Part shown: piece after piece, positions 1 through 12,030 of the stretch
Layout: each line of letters opens with the position of its first letter
Position numbering within the stretch: position 1 is the first letter of the stretch
Source: Eledone cirrhosa
Lineage: Eukaryota
Length of the DNA: 64,000 bases
Direction of reading: 5' to 3'
NCBI GenBank assembly: GCA_964016885.1
Contig: OZ024746.1
Span: 68,696,001-68,760,000, forward strand
Program-made: the position numbers and the translations under genes
The notes under the pieces: model-generated
What the model saw: the letters and a program-made list of their open reading frames with translations, nothing else
Database searches by the model: none
What the model was told of the DNA's origin: nothing

Positions 1-859
1 TCCCCTTATATTCAATTTTTCTCTCGGCTCATTTTGACAGCATCATTCATACACACTAACATTACACATACAGTGGAACATGTGTACTTCATCTCTCTCT
101 CTCTCTCTCTCTTTGCACATGTCTCCACTTTACATTTGGTTACAGTTTATGTCCCACATAAACAATATGCCCGCAGATTTGTGACCTTCTATGCCATTCT
201 GTGCACCCTTTTGAAATAATTAAAAATTTCTAACAAATTTTTAATTTTTATTAACAATTTTTTTGTCTATCTCTTATTATTTTAATTTAAACCAGAAGAT
301 GAACATATTTTACATACCAAAGGGTTAAATAAAATTCAGTAAAATAATCCAAACTGTCAAATAACCAGAATTTAAAAAATTATAAGGGCCATTTCAACAC
401 TTTTTACACTCATATTTTAGTTCTAATGTGATTCTAGAATGTACATTAAATTCCCACTTAACTGTAGCCCCTATCACCTGATGGTAGTTGGTGAGAACCC
501 TTCGTGTTTTAGTATGCCAGTGATTATCAAAATTTGATAATTATGTATGTGGATTTTCATTTGATGTAGAATTTTTAAAAAGTTTCACAACTTGACCATA
601 TATTCGTATTTGTTTTATTTTTTGTCTATTGTAAGAAGCAAGCTAAAAAAGGAGGATGTATAACTTTTTATCCCACCACCCCATCTGCCCTGATTTTGAG
701 AAATAAGATATTTTGAAAATATAAAAAATTTTTTAAAGCAAGTATTGTTTGATAGAACTTATAAACATTAACTAAAAGATATTTTTATGACAAAAAAAGT
801 AAAAAACAAAATGCATAATTCATTTGTTTATTTTATGGGGAAATACAATTTAGCAGCTC

Positions 860-1766
860 ATCATGTCAAAGAATTCCAAATTCTAAAGGAAGAAAATGGA
901 AGCTTTAATGAGGATTGGGAACTGCAGTATTATTTTGTGTCTGTTAAAGATAAGATGGTTTGCTTACTTTGTAATGCTGCAATATCAACATTAAAGAAAT
1001 TCAATGCTAATCAGCCTTATGCCATTCATAAGGACTATAAAAAAAATCTAAGACTATATGTGATGTGTTGAAAAAAATTCGAGCATTTTGGGAAAATAAA
1101 AAAGCTATATTTTTTCAAAACTCTTCTTCAAAAAGAAATTTTGTATGAACATTTTCCCCAGTTAGCAAATGCTATTGAAGTACAGGTGAATTCATGTGAA
1201 TCATTTGAATAATACACAGCTGCTATAGATCTACAATGAAAGGTTCATTAATTTTGAGCATCATGACATTATACTCACGTTGGCATTTCAACCTCACCTA
1301 GTTGATATCATCAAGGCTCCCAAAGAATTACAGATGGAATTGATTGAGCTCTCAGAAGATGATATTATAGAATCCTTATTTGATGCTAAGAAAGATCTGA
1401 TTGAAAAATTGCTTTTTAAACACATTGCTGCAAATCTACATTCTCCTAACTAACCCAAATCAAGATGCTTTTGATATCACAAATGGCAATTGCCCATCTC
1501 AAGGTTCAGTTGAAACTTCAGGCCTCCATGCTGCAACCAAATATCTAAATGCTTTCCTACAAGCAGTCACAACAAAGTCATTAAAAGGTAGTTAGCTTAA
1601 GAATTAAATGTTTTTCATTTTTTTAGATAATTACTACATAGTAATTAGATTTTGACAAAATTATGTAGATTTAAAGAATGTATAATTATGGTTTCTAGAA
1701 TGTGACTTTATTAAATTACAAGTAACTTAATATAGTCTTTTATCATCAATAGGTTCCCCACCTCTG
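860..1766 (+). mobile_element. Internally deleted, degenerate hAT transposon (SPIN/Buster/GTF2IRD2-like transposase remnant)
   Basis: ORF 787-1071 contains FNEDWELQYYFVSVKDKMVCLLCNAAISTLKKFNANQ, resembling the N-terminal BED-like motif of SPIN/GTF2IRD2 transposases. ~1280-1400 reads LAFQPHLVDIIKAPKELQMELIELSEDDII, resembling their C-terminal QMELIELQ motif. Right TIR-like AGGTTCCCCACCTCTG at 1751-1766. Catalytic core missing; left TIR not seen. Confidence 0.75.
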
Positions 1767-1842
1767 TAACAGACTACCTCAAATGGTCTCGACTAACTCA
1801 TGCCAGCATAGGAAAATCAGACATAAAAATGATTATATATTT

Positions 1843-2281
1843 CATCATCATTACCATTTAACATCTATGTTTGCATGAGTTAGACAACCTGCTATGTTCT
1901 AAAGTTAGAATGGTCAGACAACCATACCTTCTGCTTTTTTTCTCAGTTGCAGTTTTCTACAGCTGGATGTCCTTCCTAATGCCAACCATATGACAACATG
2001 TACTGTGAACATTTAATCATGGCATCAGCACTACCACTTTTCAGAGTGAACTGGGTACTTCAAAGTGTCATGGCACTAACGCTACCACTTTACAGAATAG
2101 ACTGGGTGCATTTTAGCCTGGCACCAGTAGTACCACTTTACACTTTACAGAGAAAACTGGGTACTATGTATCGAGGCACCAATATTGCCACTTTACAGAA
2201 TGGGTGGGTGCTTTTGTCATGGCACTAGTGCTACCATTTTACAGAGTGAACTGGGTGCTTTTTATCATGGCACCAGCACTA
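1843..2281 (-). mobile_element. RTE LINE 3' end with expanded ~45-50 bp 3'UTR minisatellite
   Basis: (CAT)n-TTTAACATC...GCATGAGTTAGAC tail motif, CTACAGCTGGATGTCCTTCCTAATGCCAACCA block, then ~5.5 tandem units of CATGGCACCAGCACTACCACTTTACAGAGTGAACTGGGTGCTTTT. Confidence 0.8.
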
Positions 2282-3187
2282 CAAAACTAAAAATATTACT
2301 TTATATGTAACTATCAACATCTCAAACAAGAAGTAATAGGAATTTATTTTTACCTCTTTATCTAATGGAGAGTTAAAAATAATACAGTAGGCGATCACTA
2401 ATATGAAATATAAGACACTATTTTAAACACCTATAAAGTAGATAACAAGAAAACTATTGATGCATAGTTCTTACCAAGTTGATAGAAAATAAGTGAAGAA
2501 GAAATGCAAATGTTTGCAGAACGACAATCAAATAATATCCAACTTGAACCAGTATAAGCATTATTTCTACGTCAGGTTTAATGAAAAACGAGATAACTTC
2601 AGAAACTATTAGAAACTGTTAGATATGAATATGGTTGATGCTTTGCAAGAGAAGTTGAGCATGAGATAATATCGATACATGTTGATATTTAGTGATACAG
2701 TTTCCCACCATTTACAGCAGATTGTGGGAACAATAACAAATAAAAAAAACACTTGTGGACATTAACTGGATAAACAATGGCAGCAAATATTTATTGACTA
2801 CTATTATTTATAAAATAGACATTAAAGCAACTTGTTTTTAGTAACTTTCTGTTCACCACCCCTTCAATCAATTGTTACCTTCCTTGATATTAATGCTGAA
2901 ACTTGTTTGAAAACATACTGGACATTTTCACAGCATTTTAAGATAATCAATAAGCACTTAGCAAACTCAACTCATAGCAAATTATTCCAGGCTCATGCAA
3001 AATTTAAGATATGTTTTATTGATTTTATAGAATGGTTTTATGGTATTTCAAATGGTATTTCATTTGTCCTCATCAAAAATTAGGCTAAATAACTCTGGAA
3101 AATAAATTTTATTTCTTTTCTTTTCTTTTTTTTTGTTGATAGAATTTGAAAAAAAAATCCTTCGGCTAAGTATTTGTTTTTGTTGCT

Positions 3188-3470
3188 TCATCATCATCAT
3201 CGTCATTTAATGTCTGCTTTCCCTGTGGGCAAGGGTTGGATGGATCTTCACAGACCATGTCAGTACTAAGGTGAGTCTACTGACACCCCAGACAAGCAGG
3301 GAGCCTGCATTCTTACTTATATACAGTCCTATGCTCTACTGAGTGCATTTTATTATAACACAAACACTAGGGAAGATTGTCATATTTCGACAGAACTGAA
3401 GGGGCCTCCCAACACTTTGTTTGGCAAGCTGTCTATGGCTGGATGCTCTTCCTTCCACCAATCACTTTAC
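3188..3470 (-). mobile_element. Degenerate RTE-related 3' tail element
   Basis: (CAT)n-TTTAATGTCTGCTTTCC...CAAGGGTTGGATGG tail. Related copies at ~15420-15560 and ~54170-54400. Confidence 0.6.
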
Positions 3471-3489
3471 AGCATGGCCCTAATCAAAC

Positions 3490-3705
3490 AGATCCATAAT
3501 CAAAAGCATTCCAATCATGATCATGCAATCTTTTTTCCAGACCACTATATTCAGAAGTACACCATTATCCACACTGTATCTCAGCTGTTGTTTAATCCTA
3601 GGTCAAATGTGTCCTTTCTTTAAGATAATGTGGTGTAAATTAGAGGAAGATTTGGCTGCTATTTCTAGCTAGTTGAATGACAACAAAGGCACCATTATTG
3701 GCTTG
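3490..3705 (-). repeat. Abundant unclassified SINE-like interspersed repeat
   Basis: Core GAGATTTGGCTGCTATTTCTAGCAGGT and GATCAAAGGCATTCCAGCCATG motifs. Further copies or fragments at ~8680-8862, 11300-11425, 13190-13260, 16300-16560, 17095-17290, 43230-43310, 44750-45150 (tandem pair), 49330-49740, 50495-50700, 62140-62230. Confidence 0.7.
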
Positions 3706-3780
3706 AGGGTGTACTTCATTCTTTAAAATTTTATGGAAATTTGGCTAGTTTCTTGTAGATTGAGTATGAAATAAAAGAAA

Positions 3781-3972
3781 GATGCTGAAGCTATTCTTCA
3801 ATCATTGAAATTGCAGCAAATTGAATCAAATTGCACTGTAATGAGAGCAAAACAGAATTTCTCACAGAATTGAAATCTTTCAATGGTTCCATAATCAAAC
3901 AAGTTGATGGGTGACTTTAAATATCTTGGATCTCATATCCTGGACTCACAAAAAGACTTTAACATCCGGAAA
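3781..3972 (+). pseudogene. Degenerate non-LTR retrotransposon reverse transcriptase fragment, distinct from the main RTE family
   Basis: With frameshifts and a stop it reads DAEAILQSL/EIAAN*IKLHCNESKTEFL...IKQVD/DFKYLGSHILDSQKDFNIRK, i.e. the (G)L..N..KT and FKYLG motifs of LINE RT. Confidence 0.7.
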
Positions 3973-3994
3973 TCTTAGGTATAGGAAACATATA

Positions 3995-4135
3995 CTTGTG
4001 TATGTTACAAAAATATTAGAACATCATATCCATATTTGAGATTAGATAATCATGCAATATTTTTGTTCATCATATCGCATGATATGGGTGCCCTGTTTTA
4101 ATATTTTGGTAAAAAAATAGTGTGACATACACAAG
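3995..4135. mobile_element. TA-flanked MITE / fold-back element
   Basis: ATACTTGTGTATGTTACA (3992-4009) is inverted as TGTGACATACACAAGTAT (4121-4138), 17/18 match. Subterminal AAAATATTA...CATATC also inverted. TA on both sides. Confidence 0.65.
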
Positions 4136-4419
4136 TATTTATGGTAAATATATTAGCATTAGCATTAACATAGTGTGGTTCATAATCATCATCATCATCA
4201 TTCGTCGACTAGTGTCGAGATGATGGATCTCACTCTCATGCCCCAGAATTCCCTGTCCCCAGGTCCTGTCTACTGATAATAGAGGTATATATAAAGGCAT
4301 ATACATCATGTATAAACATACAAGAGTCTTGCTATGAATGTTTTAAGCTGTGATCATGTTAAATTGTCTCAGTAACCATGTTTCCAGATTTCTAACCATC
4401 ATCAGTGATGCTTACTCAG

Positions 4420-4700
4420 GTGATCACATCTTGCTCATAGAGATATGTTTTGCACTTGGTTTCTACAGTTGAATTCTCTTCCCAATGCTAACCACATTAC
4501 AGCATCTACAGGGAGCTTTTTTTCATGGCACCACCACTACTATTTTACAGGGTGGACTGGGTGCTTTTTGCCATGACATCAAGACAATTACCTAACAAGC
4601 TGGACTGTATGCTTTTTTATCATGGCACTATCACTTCCACTTTACAGGATGTACTGAGTGCCTTTTGTTGTAGCACCAGTATGACCGCCTTAACCACCTG
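4420..4700 (-). mobile_element. RTE 3'UTR fragment with ~4 minisatellite units
   Basis: GTTTCTACAGTTG...CCAATGCTAACCAC followed by repeats of CATGGCACC...TTTACAGGGTGGACTGGGTGCTTTTT. Confidence 0.65.
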
Positions 4701-4829
4701 TAAAATGACAATGCATAACAAAATGTTTAAAATATAGCCATAAAGATTGATTGGTGACCATAGAGTAGAATAAGTTGTATTTAAAATGTGGTCAATGATC
4801 AATAAGGAAAAGTATGAGAACAATGTTAG

Positions 4830-5215
4830 TAATGAGTGAGGGGGAGTGATATGAGAGAGGAAAGAGTGGGAGGGGTATTGAGAGAAGAGTGGGAGGGGTA
4901 GTGAGAGAAGAGGAGGAAAGAGAGAGAGAGAGAGAGAGACGGGGAACTGAGAGAGTACAGGAGGGAAGATAGTAGAGAGAGTAAGGAAAAAAGAGAGAGC
5001 GAGAGAGAGGGTGAAAGGGGAGAAAGAGAAGAGAGCGAAAGAGATAGAGATAGGGAGAGAGAGTGGGAAGAAAGAGAGTAGAGTGAGGAACAGAGAGAGA
5101 GGAACAGAGAGGAGGAGAGAGAGACAGAGGATAGAGTGAGAGACAAAAAGAGGATGAGAAGAGAGTAGTGAAAGGAGAGAGAAAAAAATGAGATGATGAT
5201 GATGAGGAGGATGAA
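4830..5215 (+). repeat. Degenerate (GA)n polypurine tract
   Basis: Visible low-complexity GA/GGA sequence. Confidence 0.95.
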
Positions 5216-5504
5216 ATTTATGTGAGCTTTGTGAGTTGTAATTATTTTAAATTTAGATTAAAATGAGCAGACGTATTTTCATTAAATGTCAGGATTGAAC
5301 TAGAATCATCCATGGTGTCTTTTCCATATTTTGACATTTCGTTGCTCTTCTTACTTCCAGAGAATTTGAAGAATCATCTAAATATAAGTAGTTTATGTGA
5401 CAGAATAAGAAACATAGAAAATTCTCAAGAGTATGATGGTTGGCTAAAAAGATCATAGGCTGACTATGAAGTAGTAATGCTAGTGTTGTGAAATTTTGCA
5501 TGCC

Positions 5505-5680
5505 TTAAACTGGCCAGAATTCTCTCACCTCTTTCTGGCTATTCAAACTGGCTGCTCATATTGATGTTTAGGTATTGTTCTCAAAATAAATAACATAAAA
5601 ATCTCATAGATTCGATATTATGTGAGATAATTATGTAAGTATACAATACAATAGTATAGATAGAGTAATGTAAATGGTAA
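5505..5680 (+). mobile_element. piggyBac-like MITE family 1, degenerate copy
   Basis: Aligns to the reverse complement of the intact copy 15590-15810 (GCCAGAATTCTCTCACCTCTTTCTG, TCTCAAAATAAATAA, ATAGATTCGATATTATGTGAG). A partial copy also lies at ~8351-8445. Confidence 0.75.
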
Positions 5681-6506
5681 AGGATTAATCTCAACTCTTA
5701 TTAATAACTGCATTGTTTCATTCTAGGATCTATGTTGAAAAATTAACCACATTTAGCTAGACTGAGAAAGTGAGGGTTGGGAGCAGAAGAGAGAGGAAAT
5801 AAAACTAGAGAGATATGGGGGCATAGGGGGAGGAGAGGAGAGACATAGCGGAGGAAAAAGGGGGAGAGAGGGTATCATAAAGGAGAAGAAGGGGAGAGAG
5901 AGACTGGTGAATGAATGGATGGATGGATATTTTTTCGTCAATCTACATCAACCAATTATGATTATAGTCTAAATGAACAGTTCTATTGAATATTTAATGT
6001 TTTACTGTAAACAGTAAAGGACTGAGGAGTTAAATGAAACAGATAGACAACTGATGTTATATTGGAATAACTGAAAGTTTGTAAAGAACAAAAACACATG
6101 AATACTGTAGGGATTCCAAAGTAATTAGGGCTGGTGGGATGCAGTGGGGTGGTAGATCAACTGTTTGATATACAGCTTTGGAGAAGTGGTGCAGAGAGAG
6201 AGAGAGAGAGAAACAAAATGCAAAAGGACAGGAGGATATCAAATCAATTTGTATGTGACTGGGTTGAAGATGCTATTGTAGTAAAAGCTAATAATTATTG
6301 TCAGCAGAAGCAGGTTTATCAACTGCCTCCGTTCTAGAATGTAAGAGAGAAGCTGTTGTAATGCTAAATTCCAACGGTCAAGATTTATTTTCTTGTTTTT
6401 GTTTGTTTTTGTTGTTTTTTTTTGTTTGTTTAATCTGGGAGGGAAAGGGAAAACCTATGACCTATTTTTTCTGGACTTCTGGTGGAAAGATAGAATGAAG
6501 TTATCT

Positions 6507-6700
6507 CAAACCTGTCAACTCTCCCCATCGGAAGGGGAGATCTCCAACCCACTTTGAGGTGGGTGAGAGATGTCTTCTCTTGTGAAAATTAGTATAGCTT
6601 TCATTATGTAAAATCTCCCCATTTTGCCTCATTTCTCCCCGTTTTGGGGCACTTTTTTCATGGTATTCCCCATTTGGATTTTTAGAGGTTGGTAGGTCTG
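6507..6700. mobile_element. MITE with 6-bp TSD
   Basis: TIRs CAAACCTGTCAAC / GTTGGTAGGTCTG. TTATCT duplicated at 6501-6506 and 6701-6706. Confidence 0.8.
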
Positions 6701-7222
6701 TTATCTTCAAATCCACTGAGTGGATTCCACCAAAGTTACCCAAAGATTAGGTGGTGGTGTTAAAACTGAACCACAAATTAACTCTAACACATGAAAACTC
6801 AGAATGCAAAGTGTCAAAACAAACACTGCAAGGTATCACATTCTCTAGCAATTCCACCATTTCACCACTTTGATTTGGTACTTTATTTTATTGACCCTAA
6901 CAAGATTTGAACTCAGAGCACAGACAGTCAGAACAAATAGTGTAAGGTGTACTGTCCTACACTTTAACAAAACACAAAGTGGTGGTATCAGTGGTGATGT
7001 CAATGGTAATGGTGGTGGGGGAGGGTAGGAAGCCAGGAGAAGTTGGGATTCATTAGAAAATACAAAAACAAAAACTGCTTTCTTAAACATCTCCAAAAAT
7101 CTCTCTAACCAAAAAAAATATATATATATGTATATATGCAAAAGTTCTATTTAAAATTGTTGGGATACAACAAGTAAATATTTTATAACTGATATAAAGC
7201 ACTCGACAAGTTTTTGGAGTAG

Positions 7223-7283
7223 ATATACGATATTAAATAAATGGTTTTATAAATATAGTTTCCATTTATTTAATATCGTATAT
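7223..7283. repeat. Perfect 22-bp inverted repeat with 17-nt loop
   Basis: ATATACGATATTAAATAAATGG (7223-7244) / CCATTTATTTAATATCGTATAT (7262-7283). Confidence 0.95.
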
Positions 7284-7314
7284 GTATATATATATATTCA
7301 AAAAGTAAATGGAA

Positions 7315-7527
7315 CCAACAATGCAAATAACACAATACAATGAAGAAATATATTAGTTTAGTGCTTGATATAGTAGGAAAATAGTCTTTCTGTTTTAGAC
7401 GCTAGTCCTTCATCAGAAGTTAGAATGAGAAATAAAGATGAAATAGAAAAATAGAGTAAGAAGAGACAGGAATAGGAAAAAAAATTTTTTTTTTCAGAAA
7501 AAACATGTGTATCCAGTCAGCCATTAA
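7315..7527 (-). mobile_element. Penelope-like (PLE)-type repeat with degenerate hammerhead ribozyme motif
   Basis: Minus strand reads CTTCTGATGAAGGACTAGCGTCTAAAACAGAAAGAC (7384-7419). The ~200 bp align to 21255-21455 (+). Confidence 0.6.
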
Positions 7528-7643
7528 TGGATTAAATTATAGTTTATAGATTAAAACTGTTTAATAGTATTACATAAGTAAAATAAGTTAATCTCCAAAT
7601 TAGCTAGTCCTCTTTTCATGAAAATATAATATAATAGAAATTA

Positions 7644-8148
7644 CTGAATAAACTCGTATATAAGCCAAGAAATATGTGACAAATAATTTGATGGTAAAAT
7701 GGGGGTTGTCTAATATTAGAGGTCAATATTCGGCTGATTTTCACCAACTTCAAATTCTACGTAAATGAGGTGCTAAAATATTTTCGCTTTGGAGGTGAAT
7801 ATAACATCAGTTTCACTTTGAAGGTAAATATTAGATCAGTTTCACTTTTGAAGTGAAAGTTCTATTGATTTTGATGTGTTTTGAAAGAATATGGCCTTCA
7901 AAAAAGGTTGGAAATTGGTAAAAAATCATTATGTAATGGAGTTGTGAAACAAGCACTATACTCTAAACAACACTTAAAACATTTTAAATATCAACTTATT
8001 AAAACTTCATAAATATATTCTCCACTCATGAGAATTAAAAAACCATGCCATTAAAACATAAACAGGGTTTGGATTTTTGCCCATTTCTCAGACATAAAAT
8101 AAGCGGATCGCCTTATATTCGGATCAGATTATATATGAGTATATACTA
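7644..8148. mobile_element. Tc1/mariner (pogo/Tigger-like) non-autonomous element
   Basis: TA-flanked degenerate TIRs CTGAATAAACTCGTATATAAGCC / AGATTATATATGAGTATATACTA, consistent with CCGTATATACTCG-type TIRs. Confidence 0.65.
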
Positions 8149-9025
8149 TATATTATTTACACCTAGATCCATGAAAATTTCACAAAATACCTACAATATT
8201 TTTTTATGTTCGATTGCATTTGTTAAACCCTTTTGCTACCAACCCTTTCAAAACTGCCCTTGGTTTTATGACGAAAACAAAACACCCATTTTAGAATCCT
8301 CATATTTAAACTAAAACTGTCCATCATAAATTTTATCTCAGACTATTTTATTAACCCATTAGCATTTAAACAGGCCATATCAGGCCAGAATTCGCTCACC
8401 TCTTTCTGTTCATATCGGCCCTAACCGGCTGCTCATACTTATGTTAATTGCAGGTTGCATTTTTTCTTTCTACAAATTTTGATATTTACATATTGTTTAC
8501 CACAATATAGCCTTTTTAAAGCTTGTAGGGTATAGTTAATATTTATTTTTCAACTAGGTAGATGGAAACAAACAAAACGTTATGCATGGTCAAAACAAGC
8601 ATACTTACAAAAGAGATTACTTACACATTCTAATTAATATTCTTCTGAGAGAAATTTATTTTTCAATTTATGGTTTATTGCTGTTGTTTGTTGCTGTTCA
8701 GCCCCAAGTTACACCATAACTGAGTGAACTCATGATCAAAGGCATTCCAGCCATAGCCATCCTGTCTTTTTTTTAGTAGTGTCTAAGCCAGCTTAAGATG
8801 AGGGAGATTTGGCAACTATTTCTAGCAGGTTGAGTGACTATATAGAGGATCCCTCATTGGGTTAGTAGAAATATGAAGCAAACCAAATCTAGTGTCCATC
8901 TTATTATTTCTGTGAAGATTAACAAGGGACAGAAGCTTCTTATACCTGATCATACAGTTAGTACTAAAGTTAACATTAATATAATGTATTAAATCAAGAA
9001 ATTTTGATTAATTAAAATTGCATTC

Positions 9026-9217
9026 ATAATTGTTTCTACTTTTGGCACCAGGCCAGCAATTATCCCAGTGCATTACTGGTACTTTATTTTATCGACCCCC
9101 GTAAGGATGAAAGGCAAAATTAACCTCGGCGGGATTTGAACTCAGATTATAAAGGGAGGTAACTCTATGCTTCAAAGCATGGCGCCCGACCCTCTACCAA
9201 TACTGCCAATCCACCAA
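9026..9217 (-). mobile_element. tRNA-headed Meta-domain-like SINE, family A
   Basis: Minus strand: TGGCAGTATTGGTAGAG (A-box-like), GAGTTCAAATCCC (B-box), TTGCCTTTCATCCTTACGGGGGTCGATAAAATAAAGTACCAG core, tail GCTGGCC..GTGCCAAAAGTAGAAACAATTAT. Many further copies in the window. Confidence 0.85.
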
Positions 9218-9454
9218 TGAAGAGAAAATGTCATTGCATTTATGAATAATTCTTGTCAGAAAAGGCAAGGGAAACAACCCCGGAATTTAAATTAACATTA
9301 ATTATAAACTGAATGCCATTGAAAATGAGTCTGTTCCTTGGCAGCATGGTGACAATTTCAGATATGTTTCAGTATAATTAGACCTTATTACTGAAGCATA
9401 GTTTGAATATTACTACCAGACCTTATAATTACTAAAAAGATATATCAGATAGTG

Positions 9455-10292
9455 GTATGATACTAAAGGTTTCTCTCTAAAAATGAAAGGCAGGCTGTAT
9501 GATGCCTGCATACGAACAGCAATGTTACCTGGCAGTAAGACATGGGCATTGTGTGCAGAGGATCTGCGCAGACTGGAGAGGAACGAAGCATGCATGCTCC
9601 GTTGGATGTGTAATAGTAATATACGTGAACAGCAAAGCATAAATGAACTAAGTGAGAAATTAGGAATAAGAGGGATCAGATGCTGTTTACTCGAGAGAAG
9701 ACTACATTGGTATGGTCACGTGATGCGCATGAAAGACGACAGCTGTATAAAAAAAGTGCAGGGCGATCAAAATTGATGGAAGTTACGGAGTAGGCAGAAC
9801 AAGAAAAACGTGGGATGATTTAATAAATTCCGACCTTACACACTTATACCTCTCTAAGACAATGTCACTAGACCGAGATCTTTGGTGCTATGCAGTAATA
9901 CAGAAGACCCGCTTTGCCTATGTACAAAGCGAAGCCTTCAGTCAGTAGGCACCTCTTAACCAAATATACACCCCCATCAACATCACCCCCTTTCTCTGTA
10001 AAGTTATGTTGGTACCACAACATCCAGTCCTAAAAAATGAGGTCGTGTAGGTGTCATGACAAAAACACACAGTCCACGCTGTAATGTGGCCATGTAGGTA
10101 ACACGGTAAAAACCTCCCAGTCCACACTGTAAACGTAGTTGGTGTTAGGAAGGGCATCCAGCCGTAGAAAACCTGCCAGACAGTCCTATATGAGCGAGAT
10201 GACCAATCTTGCCTCAAGTGGGACAATTCCCATCTAAACCCATGCTAGCATGGAAGATAGATGTTAAATGATGATGATGATGATGGTGATGA
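9455..10292 (+). mobile_element. 5'-truncated RTE-clade LINE (subfamily 2)
   Basis: ORF 9483-9776 KGRLYDACIRTAMLPGSKTW...RRLHWYGHVMRM is homologous to the RTE C-terminus at ~38630-39074. The 3'UTR ends AACCCATGCTAGCATGGAAGATAGATGTTAAATGATGATGATG. Confidence 0.92.
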
Positions 10293-11759
10293 GTGGAAAT
10301 ATCCCAGCAGCTTAATCTAAAGCTACTGTAATTGTTGAGATCAGAATTGTCATTAAAAAAACACTATTCAATAACTCTGAAATGAAAAATAACCTCAAAG
10401 AAACACAATTCTTTCAATAAACATAATATTCTTTGTTTCAAGATGCCTAAATAAATTGTAAAATAAAATTATCAAACAGTTTTCTTCTGAAAGAGAATGA
10501 TTTGAAACATGTCATTCTTCTTTGATCTAAATATTCTTTTTCAATGTATCCTCTCTTTTATCTATTATAAAGAAGGCATAGCTGTGAAGTTAAGAAGCTC
10601 TCTTAACAACCATAAGGCTTTAGATTCAGACACAGTGTACTATGCATTGATTTGAGTACTAATGATCCAAACTGACAATATCCCATTGAGGGATCCCTAA
10701 GTGAGGTGGAACTTGTCAGAGTAGTCTAAGGAAAAAATGTTTCCATTGGTCTTTCCAATTGTAATACTATTTACTCGTTGCAACTCTTGGCAGAAGGAGC
10801 CACATGAAATAAAGCATCTTGCTCAAGGACACAATGCATTGCCCAGCCTTGGAATTGAACGCACCACCTCATGATATTGAATCCAACATGAAGGTGTATG
10901 AATTTGAGTACATTATATTAACTTTGTCACATTCATAAGTTTTCTTCCTCTTTCTATGTTATTCTTTATTTAACCTTACTTAAGCAATCCTCTACAACTA
11001 ATTCATAATCTTTTGTAGTTCTCAAGTTATTGGAGTTCCCATGTATTTGTTCAATATAGAGTGTGTGGCACTTGATGGAAATAGTAGATTATTTCTGTAG
11101 CACAGTGGAAGTAATTAATTAAAGAATTGGAAGAAAAAATGATAATATAGTGGATAAATGTGGACAAGATTGAAAATTTTAAAGAATTGTTACTCCTATA
11201 GCCAACAAAAGATTTATCTCTCTGTAAATAAAGTATATTATATAACATAAAGTGCTTTATTGTTGGTGTTTCTATAATGTCTTTCATTTAGATATAATGT
11301 TGTATCTAGGACTATTTTTTCAAATGTGTCCGACTGACTTTTAAGACAGCCAATTTTAGTTTGAAGGAAATTTGGCTGCTAATTCTAGCAGACCAAATAA
11401 ACATGTAGAAGTTCACTCATTGTTGCATATAAAGAGGAGTTGTTAGGTAGTGAAATAAGAAAAGTGAATAAGGTTTTGTAGTAATTATTGAGATATAAGT
11501 TGAATATAGTTTGTTGGTGTGCTATGTCAATTTATGAGAAATGAGATCTTGAGTGCAAATGACATTTGAAAATTACTCAGCTTCAAAGGGATGGCTAATA
11601 TATATGAAACTTTAATGAACTATACAGCTACGGACATTCAATGTGAATGTAAGATATATATTGGATAAATATAGTTGAAATGATGATGGAAGATATCAGT
11701 AATAGTGGTAAAACAAAGAAAATAAAGGAAAAGAGGCCCTTAACTCCTGTTGGAAACAT

Positions 11760-12030
11760 AGGGGTGACATTTTAGCATATGGTGTGTCTTGGGCATTTAA
11801 AATCTGGTGGAGCCCATCCTTCTCCATGTCTGAACACAGCTGATTTCTTCCAAAGAAAAGGAAAGAGAGAGCGCAATAGAAAGTGATGAGGTAGAAGAAG
11901 AATGAACCTCAATACTGGGCAAATACTTTATTTATCAACCTCAAAAGGATAGAAGGCAAAGTTGACCTCAGCATAATGAGCCAGAAAAAATACTAAAATA
12001 TTTTTAATCCAATGCTGTAACAACTCTGGC
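11760..12030 (-). mobile_element. Meta-like SINE with alternative tail (family A2)
   Basis: Tail motif GGGCTCCACCAG..TTAAATGCCCAAGA shared with 13515-13790, 34755-35085, 61563-61875, 62283-62545. Confidence 0.65.

Noticed and set aside
787-1071. Host gene GTF2IRD2/EPM2AIP1/ZBED-like
   Set aside because: Stops, frameshifts, missing catalytic core and a TIR-like end indicate a decayed transposon, not a domesticated gene.
1960-2281. CRISPR-like periodic array (also 26560-26950)
   Set aside because: Units are contiguous diverged tandem repeats without unique spacers, derive from the LINE 3'UTR, and there are no cas genes in this eukaryotic context.
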